DNA of 64,000 bases from an uncultured Acidimicrobiaceae bacterium (GTDB lineage: Bacteria > Actinomycetota > Acidimicrobiia > Acidimicrobiales > RAAP-2): the NCBI GenBank assembly GCA_937975915.1, contig CALJTY010000030.1:144413-208412 (forward strand), read 5' to 3'. Every line of letters begins with the position of its first letter. Position 1 is the stretch's first letter. This document shows positions 58,380 through 64,000 of this stretch, piece after piece. Made by a program: the position numbers and the translations under genes. The notes under the pieces are model-generated. The model saw only the letters and a program-made list of their open reading frames with translations, was not told the DNA's origin and searched no databases.

Positions 58380-59587
58380 TAGTTCAGGCGCTCAACGATC
58401 ATTGCCATTCCTTGGCCACCACCGACGCACATTGTTTCCATTCCGAAACGCTTGCCTGAGTCTTCAAGGGAGTTGATGAGTGTTGTCATGATGCGTGCAC
58501 CAGTCATTCCAAATGGGTGACCAAGAGCAATTCCACCACCGCGGATGTTTAGCTTCTCCATAGGGATTCCGAGGTGCTTGGCACTTGGAAGAACTTGAGC
58601 AGCGAACGCTTCGTTAATTTCAACGAGGTCGATCTGGTCAATTGTCATGCCCGCACGCTTAAGTGCCTGACGGCAAGCTTCGATTGGACCGAGTCCCATT
58701 ATTTCTGGGTTGAGGCCAGAAACACCTGAAGCAACAATGCGAGCAAGTGGCTTAAGTCCAAGTTCCTTGGCGCGAGTGTCGCTCATTACAACTACTGCTG
58801 CGGCACCATCGTTAAGTGGACAAGCGTTACCAGCTGTAACGCTTCCACCTTCGCGGAATACTGGAGCGAGTGAAGAAAGCTTCTCGAGTGTGGTTCCTGC
58901 ACGTGGGCCGTCATCCTTTGACATAACAGTTCCGTCAGGAAGCGTGACTGGAATGATTTCACGACTAAAGAATCCGTTGTCCTGGTGTTGAACGGCGAGT
59001 TCTTGGCTTCGAACTGCGAACTCGTCCATCTCTAGACGAGAAACACCTTCTTGCTCAACAACGTTTTCTGCAGTTTGTCCCATGGCAATGTAAATGTCAG
59101 GAAGACCAGCGGCAGGCTTCCAAGGCTCAGTAAATTTTGCCGAACGAGTTTCGGTGCGAGCAAGGGCGTCTGCGAACACTGGGTTCATTGCCTTGCCGCT
59201 GTCAGATGTGCCTGAGCCGAAACGTGAAACAGTTTCGACACCGGCAGCGATGAATACGTCACCTTCGCCAGAGCGAATTGCGTGTGCAGCCATACGAATG
59301 GTCTGTAGTGATGAAGAGCAGTAACGGTTAACAGTTACTCCAGGAACGTTGTCGAGTCCGGCGAGAATGGCAGAAACACGCGCAATGTTGAAGCCTGCTT
59401 CACCAGCTGGCTGACCGCAACCAAGGATGAGGTCTTCAACAGTATTGGGGTCGAGTTGTGGAACTTTCTTTAGTACTTCACGCACAACAAGTGCGGTGAG
59501 GTCATCTGGACGCATGTCAACGAGTGAACCTTTAAAGGCTCGACCAATTGGGGTACGACCGGTGGCGACGATTACGGCTTCTGGCAT
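58379..59587 (-). CDS. Acetyl-CoA C-acetyltransferase (thiolase II)
   Basis: NRYCSSSLQ (nucleophilic Cys), GHPFGMTGAR and CVGGGQGMAMIVE. TAATG overlap with the P450 start. Confidence 0.95.
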   Translation of the reverse strand: MPEAVIVATGRTPIGRAFKGSLVDMRPDDLTALVVREVLKKVPQLDPNTVEDLILGCGQPAGEAGFNIARVSAILAGLDNVPGVTVNRYCSSSLQTIRMAAHAIRSGEGDVFIAAGVETVSRFGSGTSDSGKAMNPVFADALARTETRSAKFTEPWKPAAGLPDIYIAMGQTAENVVEQEGVSRLEMDEFAVRSQELAVQHQDNGFFSREIIPVTLPDGTVMSKDDGPRAGTTLEKLSSLAPVFREGGSVTAGNACPLNDGAAAVVVMSDTRAKELGLKPLARIVASGVSGLNPEIMGLGPIEACRQALKRAGMTIDQIDLVEINEAFAAQVLPSAKHLGIPMEKLNIRGGGIALGHPFGMTGARIMTTLINSLEDSGKRFGMETMCVGGGQGMAMIVERLN

Positions 59588-59595
59588 GGGGGCTC

Positions 59596-59630
59596 CTCCT
59601 ACAGAGTTACTAATTGGTAACTCGTAGGAG
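59596..59630 (-). promoter_or_regulatory. 14-bp interrupted hairpin overlapping the thiolase Shine-Dalgarno sequence
   Basis: CTCCTAC-A-GAGTTAC-TAATTG-GTAACTC-GTAGGAG. On the mRNA strand the 3' arm ...GTAGGAG runs into GAGCCCCCATG, so GGAGGAG is partly sequestered. Confidence 0.4.
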
Positions 59631-59658
59631 CATACTTAATGCGAAGGGGTGGGTGTGG

Positions 59659-60165
59659 CTACGAAAGTTTGAGGGGGCCAGCGTCTTCAAAACCTTGGCG
59701 AATACCCTGACCAGCGCGCTGGCGGAGCTGTTCTGGATCAAAGAGCATCCAGTAGGCGTTGCGTGCGTGGCTGCGAGAACGGTTCTCAAATACTGAAGCC
59801 AGAATCGCTGGGTCACTGGCCTCATCTTCGTGGACGAATACTTCGAGAATCGGAGTAGACGTAAGTAATTGTGCCTGCATGATCCCGAGAGCTGCTTCGT
59901 GAGCACATTGCTTGTCAATAGCTGCGCTGCCAGGCATTCCAAGCGCGACAACGATTGAGCAACCTTCTTGTTCGATCAAGTTCTTCGCGGCAACGGCCAA
60001 GTCCTTGAATCCAGGGACAGTTTTGGCAATGATTTTGAACGTCTCGTTGTACCCAGGGCACTCGCTGAGCTCAGCAATAGCAGCGCCACCCATGTTGTAT
60101 CTGGCGAACATGGTGTCCACAACGCCGATTTTTACAACCTTTGATTTCTTGTTCTTTTTAGCCAC
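59659..60165 (-). CDS. ribC: Archaeal-type riboflavin synthase (lumazine-synthase-fold RibC, EC 2.5.1.9)
   Basis: Near-collinear match to my memory of Methanocaldococcus jannaschii riboflavin synthase: IGVVDTMFAR, KTVPGFKDL, EGCSIVVALGMPG, KQCAHEA, EVFVHEDEA, GQGIRQGFEDAGP. Confidence 0.85.
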   Translation of the reverse strand: MAKKNKKSKVVKIGVVDTMFARYNMGGAAIAELSECPGYNETFKIIAKTVPGFKDLAVAAKNLIEQEGCSIVVALGMPGSAAIDKQCAHEAALGIMQAQLLTSTPILEVFVHEDEASDPAILASVFENRSRSHARNAYWMLFDPEQLRQRAGQGIRQGFEDAGPLKLS

Positions 60166-60263
60166 GACACTCCGTTCTTGTCTTCAGTCTAGAGAAAGAT
60201 TCGACCCGACAACCCAGGGGGTTTTGCTGGCCTCTAGAGTGGCCATTGAGGAAAGGAGCCCCA

Positions 60264-61568
60264 ATGGCTTGGGACTTTCAGACAGATCCAGCGTTCGAGG
60301 AAAAGCTTGCGTGGATGCGCACGTTTGTAAAGGAAGAAATTTTTCCGATTGAGACGCTAAAAATAAATCGCGAGCAGTTGATGCACGTCATCAAGCCTCT
60401 GCAGGACGAAGTTAAGAAGCGTGGCCTATGGGCAGCACACCTTCCACCAGCACTCGGGGGAATGGGATTCGGTCAATTAGAGCTCGGACTCATGCACGAA
60501 ATTCTTGGACAGTCGCCATACGGTCCTGTCGTATTTGGAAACAATGCTCCAGACAGTGGAAACGCTGAACTACTTGCTGCGGCAATGGAGATGACTGGTC
60601 GCGAAGACATTCGTGAGCGTTGGTTAAACCCACTCCTCAATGGTGAAATTCGTTCGGGCTTTTCAATGACCGAGCCAAACACTGCAGGCTCTGACCCACG
60701 ACTACTTGTTACTCGCGCTGAGAAAGACGGCGAAGAGTGGGTCATCAATGGTCGCAAGTGGTACACCACGAATGGTTCTGTTGCCAACATTCTGATTCTT
60801 ATGGCCGTCACAAACCCTGACGTTCACCCATACCAAGGATCTTCAATGTTTGTTGTTCCGGTTGACACACCAGGTCTAACAATTCTTCGCGACGTTGGAT
60901 CAATGGACGATCCTGAAGTTACCTACGGACGATTCGGCAACCACGCAGAAATCCTTTATGAGGATGTTCGCATTCCTGCTGATCACCTTGTCGGTCCAGA
61001 AGGATCTGGATTCTTGCTCGCACAGACTCGCCTTGGGCCAGGTCGCATTCACCACTGCATGCGCTGGCTCGGACAGTCACAGCGCGCATTCGACATGATG
61101 TGTGAGCGCGCGCTAAGTCGCTTCACCCACGGCTCACTTCTTGCTGACAAGCAAACAGTCCAGAACTGGATTGCTGATTCGAAGGCTGAAATGCACGCTG
61201 CTCGACTAATGACACTTCACGCAGCTTGGAAGATGGACCAAGTTGGAGCGTCTCAGTCACGTGACGAAATTGCGATGATCAAGTACTACGGCGCAACGGT
61301 TCTACACAATGTTGTTGACCGAGCACTTCAGACTTATGGTTCACTCGGCTACTCATCAGACATGCCTATTGAAGGTATGTACCGTGCTGCACGTGCTGCA
61401 CGAATTTATGACGGCCCAGACGAAGTGCACAAGCAGACTGTTGCTCGTCACGTTCTAAAGGAATACACCGCTTCTGAGATTCCGACAGATCACGTACCGA
61501 CGAGAGCTGCTGCAGCTCAAGTGAAGTACGCAGACTTGCTTAAGCAGTTAGGCGTTGCTGCGTCTTAA
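60264..61568 (+). CDS. Acyl-CoA dehydrogenase
   Basis: GFSMTEPNTAGSDP and C-terminal YDGPDEVHKQTVAR. ATG 60264 after AAAGGAG is preferred over the track TTG at 60246. Confidence 0.9.
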   Translation: MAWDFQTDPAFEEKLAWMRTFVKEEIFPIETLKINREQLMHVIKPLQDEVKKRGLWAAHLPPALGGMGFGQLELGLMHEILGQSPYGPVVFGNNAPDSGNAELLAAAMEMTGREDIRERWLNPLLNGEIRSGFSMTEPNTAGSDPRLLVTRAEKDGEEWVINGRKWYTTNGSVANILILMAVTNPDVHPYQGSSMFVVPVDTPGLTILRDVGSMDDPEVTYGRFGNHAEILYEDVRIPADHLVGPEGSGFLLAQTRLGPGRIHHCMRWLGQSQRAFDMMCERALSRFTHGSLLADKQTVQNWIADSKAEMHAARLMTLHAAWKMDQVGASQSRDEIAMIKYYGATVLHNVVDRALQTYGSLGYSSDMPIEGMYRAARAARIYDGPDEVHKQTVARHVLKEYTASEIPTDHVPTRAAAAQVKYADLLKQLGVAAS

Positions 61569-62518
61569 CGAGGAGCTAGTCCCTTGACGGCGTCTTTAAC
61601 ATCGACGCCAACAGGAACTATTGCCAAGGTAGGAATCTGGATGCCATTGTCAATGAACTGTTGAATGTGTTCACGACACTTGTCGTACGAGCCATGGATA
61701 ATCAGCTCGTCACATACTGAGTCAGGAATTAGTTCGTTCGCTAGTTTGCGGTCGCCTGCAGCCCAGGCATCCCACATTGGTTTCAAGATTTCTTCACGAC
61801 CAAGCCATTTGTGAAATTCTGCGTACGTGGAAACGGTGAGATACGAAGAGATCATTCGGCGAGCAATGAAACGAGCAGTGTCGGTGTCCTCTGTAGGAAT
61901 AACAAAGAGTCGTGCGGCGATAGTTTTTCCAGGACCAACTTCGGCGACACACTTCTTCACGTCTTCTGCAGACAGCCAGTTAAGAATTGCACCGTCTGCT
62001 TCACTGCCAGCAAGCTTCAACATACGTGGACGAAGTGCACCTAAAAGAATTGGTGGGCGGTGAGAAATTGGACGGGCAATCTTGAAACCATGAATTTCGA
62101 ATGTGTCATACACGTGGTCAATTTTTTCACCGTCAAGGGCGCGCTTTAAGAAATCAAGCACATCACGAGTACGTGAATACGGCTTGTCGAACTCAATGCC
62201 GTTCCATCGCTGCACTACAGGCATTGACGAAGATCCGAGTCCTACCGTGAAGCGACCACCAGAAGCTTCAGCGAGTGACGCAATACTCATTGCGAGTAGT
62301 CCAGCACCACGCGTATAGGCCGGAAGCACAGCTACTCCGAGGTTGAGTCGTGACTCCCACGCTGCCGCGAGGGTGAGTGGTGTGAAACCGTCGGTGCCGT
62401 CAACTTCTGCAGTCCAGACATCGGTGTAACCAATGTCTGCGAGCATGTGGAACCACTCTTTGTGTTCAGGAAGAGTGACGCCGTCAAATGGGATTGTTAC
62501 TCCGTAGCGTTGTGTCAT
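61565..62518 (-). CDS. Luciferase-like monooxygenase (LLM) class oxidoreductase, possibly F420-dependent
   Basis: TIM-barrel LLM pattern: GYTDVWTAE, RFTVGLGSS and ADGAILNW. The cofactor cannot be assigned from sequence alone. Confidence 0.75.
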   Translation of the reverse strand: MTQRYGVTIPFDGVTLPEHKEWFHMLADIGYTDVWTAEVDGTDGFTPLTLAAAWESRLNLGVAVLPAYTRGAGLLAMSIASLAEASGGRFTVGLGSSSMPVVQRWNGIEFDKPYSRTRDVLDFLKRALDGEKIDHVYDTFEIHGFKIARPISHRPPILLGALRPRMLKLAGSEADGAILNWLSAEDVKKCVAEVGPGKTIAARLFVIPTEDTDTARFIARRMISSYLTVSTYAEFHKWLGREEILKPMWDAWAAGDRKLANELIPDSVCDELIIHGSYDKCREHIQQFIDNGIQIPTLAIVPVGVDVKDAVKGLAPR

Positions 62519-62613
62519 CTTGACAGTGTTTCAGAAAAACGAGCGCCGAACAGCAACCTGTCAGAATTCCCGTAAATTCACGAGTTAGTCCTTAAGATTA
62601 GATAAATCGTTAA

Positions 62614-63579
62614 TTGAGGCGTGTGCGTAAAATTCTGTTGATTTTGATTGCCTTAGCCGCACTAGCTGCTGGGGGCTACGTCGCTCTACCTCGCCATTCC
62701 TCCGCTTCTGAGAATCCAAAAGCTGATGTGGCCACGACTACGACCTTGCCAAGTCCTGCGTCTGTCTGCTCAGCAACTGCGTGTAGTACTTGGAAAAACC
62801 CAGAACCATGGACGGGCAAAACACCTTCAGTGATGACAACAGTATTCACACCAAATAGTGCAGAGCCAACTGTGACTGCCTACGCAGCCTGGATCAATAC
62901 GTCAACTACCAACGTTGCGCTCTATCCCGGATATAAGGGACCAGGGCCATCGACACTTCCACGGGGGCCACAAATGGTTCCTCTCACCGCAAGGTCTCGA
63001 CTGCTTGCCACCTTCAATTCAGGCTTCTATGAGTCTGATGCCGCCGCTGGTTTTTTCACTCATCACACTCTCTACTTTCCAATGGTGAAAGGTTCCGCGA
63101 CTCTTATTCAGTACAAAGATGGATCAGTTGACATCAAGGCGTGGGATGGCGGCAAAAGCCCAGGCGCAAATGTTCTTATGGCACGACAAAATCTTCCGCT
63201 ACTGGTAAATAATTCAGTACCAACGCAGAGCAGCTCCGACAATGCACAGTGGGGACTCACGCTTCATGGTGTGCCAGCCGTTTGGAGAACTGCATTAGGA
63301 ATTGATGCGCAAGGCAACCTTATTTACGCAGCAGCTTCTTCTCAGACTGCTCATAGCTTGGCATTGCTGATGAGCAAGTTACATGTGGTTAGAGCGATGC
63401 AACTCGACATAAATCCTGCATGGCCAATATTTGTAACGTACGCGGATCGTGGCGCGAAAGGGCCGTCACTATTTGTCCCGAACTCAAATCAAATTTCAAC
63501 CAGATTTCTCTACTCGAGTACGAAAGATTTCTTCGCAGTGTTTGCATCAAAGAGTGCCGGTGAGCCACAGCCGTGGTAA
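62614..63579 (+). CDS. Exported protein, phosphodiester-glycosidase (DUF2233/NAGPA)-like
   Basis: TM/signal anchor. The pattern NSGFYES...RQNLPLLVNN...RTALGIDAQGNLIY...AMQLDINPAW resembles DUF2233, but the LDGGGS motif is degenerate. Confidence 0.45.
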   Translation: MRRVRKILLILIALAALAAGGYVALPRHSSASENPKADVATTTTLPSPASVCSATACSTWKNPEPWTGKTPSVMTTVFTPNSAEPTVTAYAAWINTSTTNVALYPGYKGPGPSTLPRGPQMVPLTARSRLLATFNSGFYESDAAAGFFTHHTLYFPMVKGSATLIQYKDGSVDIKAWDGGKSPGANVLMARQNLPLLVNNSVPTQSSSDNAQWGLTLHGVPAVWRTALGIDAQGNLIYAAASSQTAHSLALLMSKLHVVRAMQLDINPAWPIFVTYADRGAKGPSLFVPNSNQISTRFLYSSTKDFFAVFASKSAGEPQPW

Positions 63580-64000
63580 AGGGACGTCATAAGAAAAAGC
63601 GAAGCAAGAAGTTATTGATTTCGTTTTTCGGCGCTCTGATTGTGTTGGCTGTTGCTGGGACAACATTTGTCTTAACTAAAAATCATGTTGCACCCACGAC
63701 AACTACCGTTCCAACAACGGTGGCGACGTCCACGGTAACTATTTCTGCCACTGGTGACATGGAGCTTGGATCCACACCACAACTTCCAAGTAATCCAGAT
63801 TCAATTTTTTCAAACGTTTTATCTGCACTAAAAGCTCAGATTGAATTTGGAAATCTTGAGGGAACATTAACCACACAGACAATGTCAAAATGTGGTGCTA
63901 GTTCTACTAATTGCTACGCGTTTAGAAATCCGCCATCGTTCGCTAACGCCTTCGCAACTGCCGGCTTCAATGTTTTAAATAGCGCTAATAATCACAGCAA
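63573..64000 (+). CDS. CapA-family (PGA_cap, metallophosphatase-like) protein, 3'-truncated by the window edge
   Basis: Hand translation from GTG 63573 (GTGGTAA overlap): basic N-terminus, TM helix, then ISATGDMELG...FGNLEGTLT...AGFNVLNSANNHS. Absent from the ORF track because no stop lies within the window. Confidence 0.7.
   Translation, partial: MVKGRHKKKRSKKLLISFFGALIVLAVAGTTFVLTKNHVAPTTTTVPTTVATSTVTISATGDMELGSTPQLPSNPDSIFSNVLSALKAQIEFGNLEGTLTTQTMSKCGASSTNCYAFRNPPSFANAFATAGFNVLNSANNHS

Noticed and set aside
60166-60263. FMN (RFN) riboswitch upstream of the archaeal-type riboflavin synthase.
   Set aside because: The divergent intergenic space is under 100 bp and shows none of the RFN core sequence. 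It is too short for the element.

Overview
Gene-dense chromosomal segment, almost certainly from an Actinomycetota genome. Support for that assignment: the actinobacteria-specific ribosomal micro-proteins bS22 and bL37, the F420 genes cofD/cofE, and gene order matching my memory of two Mycobacterium tuberculosis loci. The first locus is Rv1007c-Rv1026: metG-tatD-[rpfB slot]-rsmA-ispE ... glmU-prs-rplY-pth, then mfd-mazG-eno-ftsB-DUF501-ppx. The second is the fbiA/fbiB-manC-manB envelope locus. I saw no transposase, integrase, prophage or CRISPR. Many genes are translationally coupled through ATGA, GTGA or TAATG overlaps. Against this housekeeping backbone several blocks look accessory. (1) 16250-19677 is the best candidate for an undescribed system. 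It is a five-gene overlapping operon encoding a NuoF-like flavoprotein, a small ferredoxin, a di-haem ferric-reductase-type membrane protein, an ApbE flavin transferase and a membrane-anchored Pro/Thr-rich peptide with a Cys/His tail. An OmpR/HK two-component pair lies directly upstream (19747-21791). (2) A PASTA-PASTA-RlpA-like exported protein occupies the slot that holds rpfB in mycobacteria. (3) The glmU homologue ends about 100 aa short and lacks the acetyltransferase active site. (4) A class-I-shaped tRNA with a UAA anticodon sits inside a long leader/trailer helix. (5) An archaeal-type riboflavin synthase is embedded in a P450/thiolase/acyl-CoA dehydrogenase/LLM cluster, and cofE is single-domain. 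(6) A large mannose-linked envelope glycan locus spans 38402-57156, including a GT2 fused to a polytopic membrane domain and a 781-aa membrane protein. Two ribosomal micro-ORFs fall below the ORF-track length cutoff and were found by hand translation. All functional calls rest on motif recognition by eye; no database search was run.
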